A stretch of DNA of 35,133 bases from Limisphaerales bacterium (GTDB lineage Bacteria; Patescibacteriota; JACMRA01): positions 1-35,133 of the forward strand of contig JBIIDY010000001.1 in NCBI GenBank assembly GCA_044238065.1, in the 5' to 3' direction. How positions within the stretch are numbered: position 1 is the stretch's first letter; each line of letters opens with the position of its first letter. The notes beneath the pieces were generated by a model that saw only the letters and a list, made by a program, of their open reading frames with translations, was not told the origin of the DNA and searched no databases. The translations under genes were made by a program, and so were the position numbers. Below are positions 21,123 through 30,486 of the stretch, piece by piece.

Positions 21123-22485
21123 ACTTTTCAAAAAGCAATTACAAGCTTGTAAATACCTCTTTGACCCAAATTGGCAAGGAGAGCTTTGTTTTGGCGGTGC
21201 GGCTCGTGGTGGCAAGTCTTTTTTAGGTTGTTCGTGGATTGTTAGCCAAGCAATGGCATTTCCAGAGTCAAATTGGCTGATTGGTTTCGAAGAGTTAAAA
21301 CACCTACGCAGAACTACATTACCAGATTTAATCAAAATAATTCAAATAATTACCGAGCCAATGAACGGGCGAAACTGGAAAAACACTTTTCATCTAAATT
21401 TACAAGATTTAATAATTCAATTTATAAACGGTTCAAAAATCTTTTTAGCAGAACTTGCCAACCTACCAAGCGACCCAAACTTTGACAGACTGGGTTCATA
21501 TTCCCTAACTGGTGTTTGGATTGACGAAGCCCAAAGAGTGTCAATTAAAGCTAAAAGCACCTTAGCCGCTCGTTTATCACTAACACAAGGCAAAGGCTGG
21601 AAAACAAGCCCAAAAGCACTCTATACTTGTAACCCAACACGTGGCTGGATTTATGAAGATTTTTGGAAACCTTACAAAAGCCAAAACCCAAAAGAGGGTA
21701 AAGTTTTTATTCAAAGTCTCTACACAGACAACCCAGCTATTGATCATGAAAAATACAAAAAGCAAATCTTAGCCAGTGGTGATAAAACCCAAATTGAACG
21801 CCTTTTATACGGTAATTTTGACTACGACAGCGACGACTCAAAACTTTTCAATTACGACAAAATTTTAGATATTTTCTCAAACTTTGTAGAAAAATCAAAC
21901 AGTAAATTCATAACTTGCGATGTCGCCCGAATGGGTAGAGACAAAACAGTAATTTATACTTGGCAAGGTTGGAACGCTTTTGAAAGATTTGAAATAAAAA
22001 CATCTGCCCTTACCGAAATAGTCAATGAAATTGAAAAACTACGACAAAAGCACTTAATCTCAAAATCTAATGTAATTGTTGACGAGGGAGGTGTTGGAGG
22101 CGGTGTGGTTGATTTTGGAGGCTACAAAGGCTTTATTTCCAACGCTTCGCCAATCCAAGAAGACAGCAAGCTTAGTTTAGAAAAGAAACCAATCAAAAAC
22201 TATAACCATCTCAAAACTCAATGCTATTTTTACCTTGCTGATATGGTGAATAACTCAAAAATGACAATCACTGCCCAAATGGACGCTGAAACTCGAGAAA
22301 ATCTAATCGCAGAACTGGACACTGTAAAACAGCACAATATAGATAAAGACGGTAAATTACAAGTCTTACCAAAAGACAAACAAAAAGAGCTTTTAGCTGG
22401 AAGAAGTCCAGACGACGGCGACGCCTTAATGATGAGAGCTTATTTTGACTTAAAACCAACTTTCAAAATTACAATCCCAAATTAG
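21103..22485 (+). CDS. terL: Terminase large subunit
   Basis: Walker A GGAARGGKS and Walker B VWIDEAQ, with a C-terminal nuclease-sized domain. Size and position fit. Confidence 0.9.
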   Translation: MSQTNLKLFKKQLQACKYLFDPNWQGELCFGGAARGGKSFLGCSWIVSQAMAFPESNWLIGFEELKHLRRTTLPDLIKIIQIITEPMNGRNWKNTFHLNLQDLIIQFINGSKIFLAELANLPSDPNFDRLGSYSLTGVWIDEAQRVSIKAKSTLAARLSLTQGKGWKTSPKALYTCNPTRGWIYEDFWKPYKSQNPKEGKVFIQSLYTDNPAIDHEKYKKQILASGDKTQIERLLYGNFDYDSDDSKLFNYDKILDIFSNFVEKSNSKFITCDVARMGRDKTVIYTWQGWNAFERFEIKTSALTEIVNEIEKLRQKHLISKSNVIVDEGGVGGGVVDFGGYKGFISNASPIQEDSKLSLEKKPIKNYNHLKTQCYFYLADMVNNSKMTITAQMDAETRENLIAELDTVKQHNIDKDGKLQVLPKDKQKELLAGRSPDDGDALMMRAYFDLKPTFKITIPN

Positions 22486-22486
22486 T

Positions 22487-23797
22487 ATGTTCAACCCAAC
22501 AGATTTTTACAATAATTTAATTAGTCAAATTTCATCATCATTCGTTGACAGGGGGCAAATTTTCCTTTCACCAGTCTTGACTTGGACAACTTATAAAAGT
22601 GCTGCTAAAAATGCTATTATTCAAAAACTAATCCAGATCACAAACGGGTCAATAAATCAAAATGGCTGGGACATTAAAGTCAAAACTTACCAGAGCGAAA
22701 AAAAGAATGAAAAACTATCAAGGGAAATCTACCAAATCTGTGAAGAAATAAACCTTGTTGGTCTTTTTTGGCAAATAATCTCACTTGGGCTAACTTATGG
22801 CAACTGTTTCATTGTAATAGCTGATAACAAGCCAAAAGTCTATACTCCTGATATGTTCAATATCTACTGGAATAAATATACCCAAAAAGTAGTCAAAATC
22901 ACTGCTAACATTGACGGACGAGAGCAACAAACTGATTTTGTAATGGGCGAGAACTTTTTTCATTTCAAATACTTTTTATACGAAAACGAGGGGCTTGCTG
23001 ATTCAATCCTTGACACAATTTATGTTTGGTTAGAATTTGAAAAAATAGCAATCGCAGTCAACTCAAATATGATTGAGCGTGGAAATATAGGCATTGTAAT
23101 CCCAATTTTTGAGAAAGAAATGAGCGAGGCTTTGGAAAGACCAGTAATGGAAACTCCAGACGGCGAACCAACCTCAACTTTGAACGTTTTACTTAGAAAA
23201 TTTAGAGAATTATTTGGCGGATGGCAAAACTCCCACAAAATGGCTACAATGATGACTGGTGTTAGGGAAATAGTAGAACTTGGCAAAGATAATGACAAAA
23301 TGCAACTCCAAGATATGTTTGACCGAGCAGAGGCTAAGTATTACGACGCTTTTGGAATTGAAAGAACCACTGAAAACTCCAACCGTGCCAGTGCTTCAAC
23401 CCTAACCTACCAACTAGATAATAATATCGCCAAAGCGTGGGAAAACCAACTAGAAAGGTTTGTCAATCAATTCTTGTGGAAAAATTGTATAAACCCAATA
23501 ATGGTTGAGAAATTTGGTTATTCTTTTGAAAATTCTGCTCAAATCTATTTTCAATTTAATAAGCCCTCTGATCCCGACGAATTAGCTAAAATGACACTTT
23601 ACCGAGATACTTTCATAAATTCAGCAAGTATAGGCAAACCGCTTTTGACCTTAAACGAAACTAGAGAATTTTTAGGACTTCCTGAAGCACCAACCGAACT
23701 TTTGGAACTTTGGCAACAAGCCAACCAACCAACCTTACCAACTCAAAACCAACCTCAATTAAATTTTGAGGCAAAAAAAAATCACCAACCGAATTAG
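22487..23797 (+). CDS. Portal protein
   Basis: 436-aa ORF immediately after terL (tagtATG junction). Called on position and size. Confidence 0.7.
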   Translation: MFNPTDFYNNLISQISSSFVDRGQIFLSPVLTWTTYKSAAKNAIIQKLIQITNGSINQNGWDIKVKTYQSEKKNEKLSREIYQICEEINLVGLFWQIISLGLTYGNCFIVIADNKPKVYTPDMFNIYWNKYTQKVVKITANIDGREQQTDFVMGENFFHFKYFLYENEGLADSILDTIYVWLEFEKIAIAVNSNMIERGNIGIVIPIFEKEMSEALERPVMETPDGEPTSTLNVLLRKFRELFGGWQNSHKMATMMTGVREIVELGKDNDKMQLQDMFDRAEAKYYDAFGIERTTENSNRASASTLTYQLDNNIAKAWENQLERFVNQFLWKNCINPIMVEKFGYSFENSAQIYFQFNKPSDPDELAKMTLYRDTFINSASIGKPLLTLNETREFLGLPEAPTELLELWQQANQPTLPTQNQPQLNFEAKKNHQPN

Positions 23798-23799
23798 CT

Positions 23800-24522
23800 T
23801 TGGAAAGTAAAGACTACTCAAGCCTAAAATACAATGATAAAACCAAAAAGAAAGAGCCAAAAGGATTTTTGCCAGCTTGGGAAAAAGCAATCACAAAACA
23901 ACTAACACAATTCATCACAGACTACCAAAAAGACCAAAAAGCAACCTTACCTAAAATAGAAACATTTTATAGTTTTAACGCCCTTAAAAAAGACTTATTC
24001 GTGTGGATTGATTTTGGAATTGAAAACGCCAAAAAAGAAATCGCAAGTGAAAAATTTGCTGAAAATCTGGATTACTCCAAAGAAATTATGGGATGGGTTG
24101 ACAAACGAGCCGAAGCCCTACTGAAAGGAAACGAACTTTTTAAATCAGTTGACGAAGCCACAAGCACCCAAATTTTGGACATTATCAAAGCTGAAGTGGA
24201 AGCCAAAAAACCAATAACTGAAATTGTCAAAACTTTGACCGACTGGGTGCCAAAAATAAGCAAAAACAGAGCGGAACTAATAGCAGAGACAGAAGTCGCC
24301 AGTGCGGTTGAGTTTGGCAGATTTGACCACTTTGAAAGCGAGGGCTTTACTGAAAAAAAGCAACTGTCAATAAACGACGGACGAGATACAATCTGGTCTA
24401 AAAAAGCAGCGGCACTTGGCTGGGTTGACATCAATTTTGAGTATGAAACTCAATTTGGTAAAAAGTCAAAAACCTTACCTTTAAATTACCGAGAAAGGGG
24501 AACTTTGATATTTAGAAGTTAA
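23800..24522 (+). CDS. Head morphogenesis protein (Mu F / SPP1 gp7-like)
   Basis: RAELIAETEVASAVEFGRFDHFESEG matches the Mu F-family core. It appears to start with TTG, 3 nt after the portal stop. Confidence 0.65.
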   Translation: MESKDYSSLKYNDKTKKKEPKGFLPAWEKAITKQLTQFITDYQKDQKATLPKIETFYSFNALKKDLFVWIDFGIENAKKEIASEKFAENLDYSKEIMGWVDKRAEALLKGNELFKSVDEATSTQILDIIKAEVEAKKPITEIVKTLTDWVPKISKNRAELIAETEVASAVEFGRFDHFESEGFTEKKQLSINDGRDTIWSKKAAALGWVDINFEYETQFGKKSKTLPLNYRERGTLIFRS

Positions 24523-24539
24523 GTAAAAATTAAGTAAAT

Positions 24540-24556
24540 TTTACACGCCGTATTAG
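24540..24556 (+). promoter_or_regulatory. Conserved 17-bp box TTTACACGCCGTATTAG, copy 3 (ahead of the scaffold/capsid genes)
   Basis: TTTACA, an 18-nt spacer, TATGAT (24564-24569). The ATG at 24596 implies a leader of about 20 nt. Confidence 0.6.
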
Positions 24557-24595
24557 AAAATTGTATGATAAGAATATACTTAAAATATATTTATT

Positions 24596-25453
24596 ATGCA
24601 ATTAGAAACATTTTCAAAAGACGGAGTGAACGGCTACAAAATCATTGGGGCTACCTTTGCCAGTTCTAAAAATCACAACGGAGCTTACTTTGACCCAGTT
24701 GAAGTATTTGCTGACGAAATCAACGAAAACTTTAATTTAGCACACCAAGACTACAAAACAGACTATTCCAGCGGAACTACAATAACCAAAGCACCAGAGG
24801 CAAAACTAGAGGGCAAATTATTACGTTTTACTTGGGATTTGGAAACTACCAACGAGAATTTTATCAATCTAATTGAAAAAGAAGAATTTGGCGGTTTCAG
24901 TCCAGAGCTTGAGCCAACCAGCAGTCCAGTTTTGGGGAAGGAAATTGGAAAAGATAAAAACGGTCAACCAATTTATGAAAGGTTTTATTCTCAAAATCTA
25001 AAATGGAAATCTACCGCTATTCTTACCAAAGACCAAAAAGCAGGTTTTGTCGGAGCGAAAGATTTTGCCCTTGAGAAATTTGAAGCCTTTGAAGATGTGG
25101 TAATTGAAAAAGTGGAAGAGCCAACTCCCAAAGAAATTATTAAAGAAAATTTTGACGCAACTGTTTTGGAGGCTAGAATTGAAAAATTAGAAACTGAACT
25201 CAACCAAATCAAAGAAAATTTTAGCAAAAAAGAAACCGAAAAAGAAGACTTTTCAAATGATGACCTAATAGACCAAAAAGCCAGATTAGAGGCAGACATT
25301 GCCAAACTAACGGCTGAAAAAACCAAAACAGAAAATTTTACTACTTTATCTCAAAACTCTCAAGCGGTCAAGTTATCAAAGAATGGATCTGTTGTAACAA
25401 AAACTGATGAGATTAAAAAGAGAAACACTATTAACCAAATTATACCAAACTAA
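24596..25453 (+). CDS. Capsid scaffolding protein (a protease-scaffold fusion is possible)
   Basis: E/K-rich coiled-coil C-terminal half, directly upstream of the capsid gene. Confidence 0.5.
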   Translation: MQLETFSKDGVNGYKIIGATFASSKNHNGAYFDPVEVFADEINENFNLAHQDYKTDYSSGTTITKAPEAKLEGKLLRFTWDLETTNENFINLIEKEEFGGFSPELEPTSSPVLGKEIGKDKNGQPIYERFYSQNLKWKSTAILTKDQKAGFVGAKDFALEKFEAFEDVVIEKVEEPTPKEIIKENFDATVLEARIEKLETELNQIKENFSKKETEKEDFSNDDLIDQKARLEADIAKLTAEKTKTENFTTLSQNSQAVKLSKNGSVVTKTDEIKKRNTINQIIPN

Positions 25454-25458
25454 CTACT

Positions 25459-26730
25459 ATGTCCAATCCAACCAAAAAACTTGAGGCTTTTAATAAAATA
25501 ATTGATGTTTTGACATCTGCCAAATCTGCCCGTTCTAGTATAGAAGAATTTGCTACAAAGATTTTTGAAGATAAAAATGACTTATCTAAAAAAGTAAATG
25601 TAGCTATTGACTACGCTGCAAGCCAAAGCGAAACTTGGAGAGAAGATTTTAACCGAGCTTTTAACCAAGAAATGGGTATTAAAGAAGATTTTGAGTATTT
25701 AAAATTACTTAGTGATGAGGCTAAAAATGTCCAAGCTGAAAATTTTGACAAAGCACAAATGGAATACTTTGACGTAACCGCTGAAGAAACAGGATCAGGT
25801 AAAACTGCACTCCGTTCAAGCAACCTTATTTCAACAAACATTTTAACCGCTGGTGACGCTTATTTTAGAAAATACTCACAACTTTTCAAATATCTTCGTG
25901 TAATTACTGGGGTTGATACTTACAGAATCCCTGAATTTGGAATTGAACGAACTGACGCCGCTAAAGTTGCTGAAAGTGCAGAAGGAACTGGTGCTGATGA
26001 TGTCGCAAGGCAAGGTGATTTGCTTACTCCTGGTGAGGGTGGTCAAAAATTCAAATCTTGGACAAGGATTACCGAATTAGCACTTTTGAAAATGAACCCT
26101 GTTGACTGGGGAACAATGCAGGCTAGAATACTTCGTGGACTTGAAAAAACCCTTGCTGTCCAAGTTGCTACTGGTGATAATGCTGGCGGTAATTTCAACG
26201 GCTTTATTAACTCAAATACTGGTGCTACCGCTTTTGGTGCTTTGACTGTAACATTTGCGACTACTGGTGCTGAAAAACCAGCCAACCACTTAATGGCGAT
26301 GTCAAAAATGCTTAAAGATTTGCCAGCGGATATTGATGAAGATGAAGAGGCTAACTATGTATTCTTAACCAATAGATTTACTAGATACACTCTAAAAGAA
26401 GTAATGGATTTGAATAACAACCTTTACACAAACGAGAAGACAAATAAACTAACTTCTTTGATTGATAATCTTCCTATTCTTCAATGGCCAGGTCTTACCA
26501 ATAACCAAGTTTTGCTAGTTGATTTGAGAAAATACTACATGCTTTTGGCTAAACCAATCACTATTGAAATTGAAAAAGAAGTGAACAAAGAAACATTTAT
26601 CGTCAAAGCAGTTGCTTACGCAGACGGAGGTATGGCTTTTGGCTACAAAACACTCGCAGACGGAACAACCGCTAACACTCAAAAGAACGGTCACCGTTTG
26701 GGAACTCTTAAAACTGATTATGCTGTCTAG
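25459..26730 (+). CDS. Major capsid protein
   Basis: 423-aa ORF after the scaffold gene; synteny fits an HK97-fold capsid. I did not recognise a motif with certainty. Confidence 0.7.
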   Translation: MSNPTKKLEAFNKIIDVLTSAKSARSSIEEFATKIFEDKNDLSKKVNVAIDYAASQSETWREDFNRAFNQEMGIKEDFEYLKLLSDEAKNVQAENFDKAQMEYFDVTAEETGSGKTALRSSNLISTNILTAGDAYFRKYSQLFKYLRVITGVDTYRIPEFGIERTDAAKVAESAEGTGADDVARQGDLLTPGEGGQKFKSWTRITELALLKMNPVDWGTMQARILRGLEKTLAVQVATGDNAGGNFNGFINSNTGATAFGALTVTFATTGAEKPANHLMAMSKMLKDLPADIDEDEEANYVFLTNRFTRYTLKEVMDLNNNLYTNEKTNKLTSLIDNLPILQWPGLTNNQVLLVDLRKYYMLLAKPITIEIEKEVNKETFIVKAVAYADGGMAFGYKTLADGTTANTQKNGHRLGTLKTDYAV

Positions 26731-26733
26731 TCT

Positions 26734-26865
26734 ATGAATCCTACAATCCAAAAAATAGTGAATTTAATGACTTTTCATAACATTTCTATCGCAGAAATTG
26801 AAAAAGCCTTAAACCCAGTAGAGCCAGTCGCAGAGCCAACAACTTCCAAATCAAAAACTAAATAA
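26734..26865 (+). CDS. Possible 43-aa protein (MNPTIQKIVNLMTFHNISIAEIEKALNPVEPVAEPTTSKSKTK)
   Basis: Hand-translated. It fills the gap between the capsid and connector genes, and its junctions match the genome pattern. Confidence 0.35.
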   Translation: MNPTIQKIVNLMTFHNISIAEIEKALNPVEPVAEPTTSKSKTK

Positions 26866-26866
26866 T

Positions 26867-27493
26867 ATGTTTTCTTCCCTCAAAACTGAATTTACTAACC
26901 GCTTGTCTTTGACAGACGCTAACCAAATCCTTATTTTGGGGGACTTTTTGGATAGTTTAGATTTATACTTAACAGGTCTTGGCGTAGTCTTCTCAAGCTC
27001 AAATACAACCAAAACAACCAAACTTTATAACCGTCAAGGTAAGCCAAACTGTAAAACCTTATTTACATTTCCAGAATGGCTACAAACCAGCGGAGCAGTG
27101 CTTAAAATAGTTAATAAAGATTTGACTGAAAAGGTTTTGATACTTGATGAAGATTACGTTTTTTGGACGGCAAGGAACACCCCAAAACCAGCTTTTATGG
27201 TTGAAATTCTAAATCAATCAATTTGGGCAGACCAGTATTTGTCAATCACTGGAATTTGGAAATTTGGGGCTACTTTACCAGTAGATTTGAAACTGGCAGG
27301 GCTACAATTAGCAAGTCAATTCTTGGCGAAATCAAACCAAAATCTAACCAGTCAATCAGGTTTTGTAAAATCATCAGTTAGTATTGACAAGGTAAGTTAT
27401 GGACTTAAAACCGCTGAAATAAAGTCAAGTTTCCAGGACAAAGATTTTCAAAATGTTTTATCAGCTTATACTATATGCTCAACATTTTATTAG
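26867..27493 (+). CDS. Head-tail connector/head completion protein (by position)
   Basis: Synteny only. Confidence 0.45.
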   Translation: MFSSLKTEFTNRLSLTDANQILILGDFLDSLDLYLTGLGVVFSSSNTTKTTKLYNRQGKPNCKTLFTFPEWLQTSGAVLKIVNKDLTEKVLILDEDYVFWTARNTPKPAFMVEILNQSIWADQYLSITGIWKFGATLPVDLKLAGLQLASQFLAKSNQNLTSQSGFVKSSVSIDKVSYGLKTAEIKSSFQDKDFQNVLSAYTICSTFY

Positions 27494-27792
27494 ATTTGCC
27501 AACTATTACGATTAAGTATTACCAAAGGCAAACGACCAGCGACGGCTCGGCTTTAACAACATTTACATCAATTCCAGCTTATCTTTTCACTGAAACTGGT
27601 AAAAATGAATTTGAAAGTTTAGCAGTCCAAGAAAGACTTTATTTGAACCAAAGCGACTGTCCAAATCTATCAACCGCAGATTATTTTGAGATTAACAGCC
27701 AAGATTACGAAGCAAACGCCGTGATTCTAAACAATAATTTACCCGAAATAAAACCCTTTTTTAGAGTGGAAATAGCCAAAAAATTAAATTAG
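27475..27792 (+). CDS. Head-tail adaptor/head closure protein (by position)
   Basis: Synteny and size (105 aa). Confidence 0.45.
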   Translation: MLNILLDLPTITIKYYQRQTTSDGSALTTFTSIPAYLFTETGKNEFESLAVQERLYLNQSDCPNLSTADYFEINSQDYEANAVILNNNLPEIKPFFRVEIAKKLN

Positions 27793-27793
27793 T

Positions 27794-28198
27794 ATGCAAA
27801 TTTCAATTAAATTAGAAACTCCAAAAAGTCTATTTTCCAAACTGGACGCAAAAACCTACAATCAAGTTTTGTCAAAATCAGTCAAGGACTTAGCAAATTG
27901 GAGCGAGAATAAATTAGCTGAAAATACTCAAGAAATGGTTTATGGCGACAAAATAGGCAATTCTTATACTTTCACTGGAAAACTTTTAAGAGGGCGAAAA
28001 TCAAGGCAAATAAGCGAGTTTGGAATGAGTTTGGAAAGCAACCCACAAATCGCAGGTGCAAGTAAAAACTACGCTGGATTTGTAAACAAAGGCACAAAGA
28101 AAATGAGAAAACGACCATATTTTGACAAAACAGTAGAGCAGTCAAAAAAGCAAGGTCAAATCATTTTAAATAACAATCTAAAAAAAGCAAATGGCTAA
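27794..28198 (+). CDS. HK97 gp10-like head-tail joining protein
   Basis: NYAGFVNKGTKKMRKRPYFDKTV resembles the gp10-family YA..vE.Gt....PF motif. Confidence 0.55.
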   Translation: MQISIKLETPKSLFSKLDAKTYNQVLSKSVKDLANWSENKLAENTQEMVYGDKIGNSYTFTGKLLRGRKSRQISEFGMSLESNPQIAGASKNYAGFVNKGTKKMRKRPYFDKTVEQSKKQGQIILNNNLKKANG

Positions 28199-28646
28199 CA
28201 TTATCCCAACCCAAAAAGCAAAACTCAAGGAAATTCTAAACACTTTGGCTTGGAAAGGGTCAACTTTTGCTCAAAAACAAACGGAGGGAAAAAACCACAT
28301 CACCACTTTTTTGACTACAAATATCAACCACACGCCGTCAATAATGATTTTCCACTCTGGACAAATTAGCCAAATTGCCGATACTGGGTCAAATTTTGAA
28401 TTTAATTCTTACACAATCCGCTTGGCAACTAACAAAATCACAGAAGAAAGCCAAAACGACCTTGAACTTTTGGGAAGTCTAACCGTGGACATTTTGGTAA
28501 ATAATTATGCTAAAACAAACGCTTTTTGGTTAGAATTAAGAAATCTAAAGTTAGGTGATTACAAAATGAACGACAAAGAAACTCTATTTTATCGTGATCT
28601 TACTTTAGAATTAGTAGCTCTAAAAACCCGTAATTTATCACCTTAA
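28191..28646 (+). CDS. Tail completion/terminator protein (by position)
   Basis: Synteny only; ATGGCTAA overlap with the upstream gene. Confidence 0.4.
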   Translation: MANIIPTQKAKLKEILNTLAWKGSTFAQKQTEGKNHITTFLTTNINHTPSIMIFHSGQISQIADTGSNFEFNSYTIRLATNKITEESQNDLELLGSLTVDILVNNYAKTNAFWLELRNLKLGDYKMNDKETLFYRDLTLELVALKTRNLSP

Positions 28647-28647
28647 T

Positions 28648-28776
28648 ATGTCAAAAACTACCCCACCACCCCAACAATTACAAGCCTTTAATTTTTCCCT
28701 TTTTGGTTTTTCTTGCGAAGCCACAAGCCTAGAAGAAGCCCAAACACTTTTACAATCTTTTCTAAATAATCAATAA
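28648..28776 (+). CDS. Possible 42-aa protein (MSKTTPPPQQLQAFNFSLFGFSCEATSLEEAQTLLQSFLNNQ)
   Basis: Hand-translated. It is bounded by taatATG and taaatATG junctions on either side. Confidence 0.3.
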   Translation: MSKTTPPPQQLQAFNFSLFGFSCEATSLEEAQTLLQSFLNNQ

Positions 28777-28778
28777 AT

Positions 28779-29837
28779 ATGTCAATTCAATTAGGTTCTC
28801 AACAATTCGCAGGTGCAAAGTTTGAAGCTGTTCGTAATACAGCCGAGCTTGTGCCAAATATAATTTTTAAATTAACTGAAAACAGTTTGAAACTGGAAAA
28901 GCAAAATGTAGCGGACAAAATTATTATGGGAAACCGTGATAATACTTATAATAACCGTTTTACATCAAAAAGTGTTAGCGGAAAAATAATGGGATCAATC
29001 AATACAAAAGATATTGGTTTTCTTTTAAAAATGGCGATGGCTCAACCGACCAGCTCAACCGCTTTGGGAGCGACTACCCACACTTTTAAGCCACTAAATT
29101 TGACAAGCGGAGCGGCTAATGTAAAATTGCCAAGTTTCACTTTTTTTTGGAGTGATGGAGCTTATGGCTATTACAAAGCTAATGGTTGTGTGATTGACAC
29201 ACTTTCTTTGACGATTGGCGAGACTGAAACCACTTTTGAAGCGGAAATAAAAGGCTTAAATTTAGTAGAAGTTACCAATGGAACTGAAAAAACAAACATC
29301 TTGTCGGCGATTACTTATTCCGCACCAGATCCTTATTTAAATTTTGGAAATGTTGTGGTAAAATTTGCCAGCACTTTCGCAGGACTTTCCGCTGGAACTG
29401 TTTTGAATGTAAAACCAGATATTAAAATTGATATTAAAAATAATGTTGAATTTGACAAATCTAGCTCATCAGCACCTTACGCAGAGGCTACTAATTTTGA
29501 TACTCTTGCCAAAGGTTTTGAGGCTAGTGTTGAACTTTCTTTTTACGATAAAACAGAAAATAAAGGGCTTTACGACGGCTTCTTGTCCAGCGTAGACTCA
29601 AGCAATGTTGAAGCTTTTGAAATCAAACTTGAAAACCAATCTTACGGAGTTTTGGGAACATCTGCCCTTTACAATTCCTTGACTTTTCAAATCCCTCAAG
29701 CCTTGCCAGTTTTGGAAATTACAAGACCAATAGACGGCTTTATTGAAGTCAATCTAAAAATGGAAAATTTGGTCAACACCCCAGCACAAGGCTTTTCAAT
29801 TCAATCTATTCTTACAAATACAACCGCTACTTACTAG
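28779..29837 (+). CDS. Major tail (tube) protein
   Basis: 352-aa ORF preceding the chaperone pair and the tape measure. There is no sheath gene, which implies a non-contractile tail. Confidence 0.65.
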   Translation: MSIQLGSQQFAGAKFEAVRNTAELVPNIIFKLTENSLKLEKQNVADKIIMGNRDNTYNNRFTSKSVSGKIMGSINTKDIGFLLKMAMAQPTSSTALGATTHTFKPLNLTSGAANVKLPSFTFFWSDGAYGYYKANGCVIDTLSLTIGETETTFEAEIKGLNLVEVTNGTEKTNILSAITYSAPDPYLNFGNVVVKFASTFAGLSAGTVLNVKPDIKIDIKNNVEFDKSSSSAPYAEATNFDTLAKGFEASVELSFYDKTENKGLYDGFLSSVDSSNVEAFEIKLENQSYGVLGTSALYNSLTFQIPQALPVLEITRPIDGFIEVNLKMENLVNTPAQGFSIQSILTNTTATY

Positions 29838-29845
29838 TTATTTTT

Positions 29846-30160
29846 ATGTCTGCTTACATTATCAAAAAAGGTTTTACAATTTTACCAGAACAACGAAAAA
29901 AAGTTTTACAAATGCCCTTAAAAGGTTTTGTTGCTAATCTAAATCAAACCACAAACGAAATGAAAATTCCAGTTGATTTGCTAAATAACAATCAGCAAGA
30001 ACTGGTAGATTATTTGATTTGTCTAATTTGTGAAAAAGAAGACGGCACGCCAATTGACGAGCAAGAATTGTGTAATATGTCCACAGAAGACTATAATAAT
30101 CTAAAAACCCAAGTCAAAGAAGTCAACCCGTTTGGAGTTTTTGACATCAAAGCTGTTTAA
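29846..30160 (+). CDS. Tail assembly chaperone (G-like)
   Basis: Position immediately upstream of the tape measure; acidic 104-aa protein. Confidence 0.55.
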   Translation: MSAYIIKKGFTILPEQRKKVLQMPLKGFVANLNQTTNEMKIPVDLLNNNQQELVDYLICLICEKEDGTPIDEQELCNMSTEDYNNLKTQVKEVNPFGVFDIKAV

Positions 30161-30161
30161 T

Positions 30162-30485
30162 ATGTTTTGGCAACAAATTCTGTATTTAGCACTTTACGAA
30201 TTTGGCAAGAGTGGAGAGTGGCCAAGTCAACTAAAAATTGGAATGGAAAAAATCAATCTAAATTTAACTTTTGAACAAAAAGAATTGATTGAAGACACCT
30301 TACTAACAATGGAAAATTTGACACTCTCCGAGCTTGAGAAAATCCAAAAAGAAAACCCAGAAATTTATTGCGAAATCATTTTTGAAGATGGCAAATATAA
30401 AATGTTTGAACACTCTAAAAAAGCAATTATCAAAGGCATAATTAGTCAATTTAAAAAAGGTCAAGAAGCTAAACCCAAAAAATAG
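30162..30485 (+). CDS. Second tail assembly chaperone-like protein
   Basis: It has its own ATG at 30162 in a taatATG junction and sits upstream of the tape measure. Confidence 0.45.
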   Translation: MFWQQILYLALYEFGKSGEWPSQLKIGMEKINLNLTFEQKELIEDTLLTMENLTLSELEKIQKENPEIYCEIIFEDGKYKMFEHSKKAIIKGIISQFKKGQEAKPKK

Positions 30486-30486
30486 T

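Noticed and set aside
30132-30160. Programmed -1 frameshift between the two tail chaperone ORFs (G/GT-type)
   Set aside because: The downstream ORF is in the +1 frame, not the -1 frame, relative to 29846..30160. The only U-rich stretch (GGA GUU UUU GAC) is not a canonical X XXY YYZ heptamer in frame. The second ORF also has its own ATG at 30162 in the standard taatATG junction.
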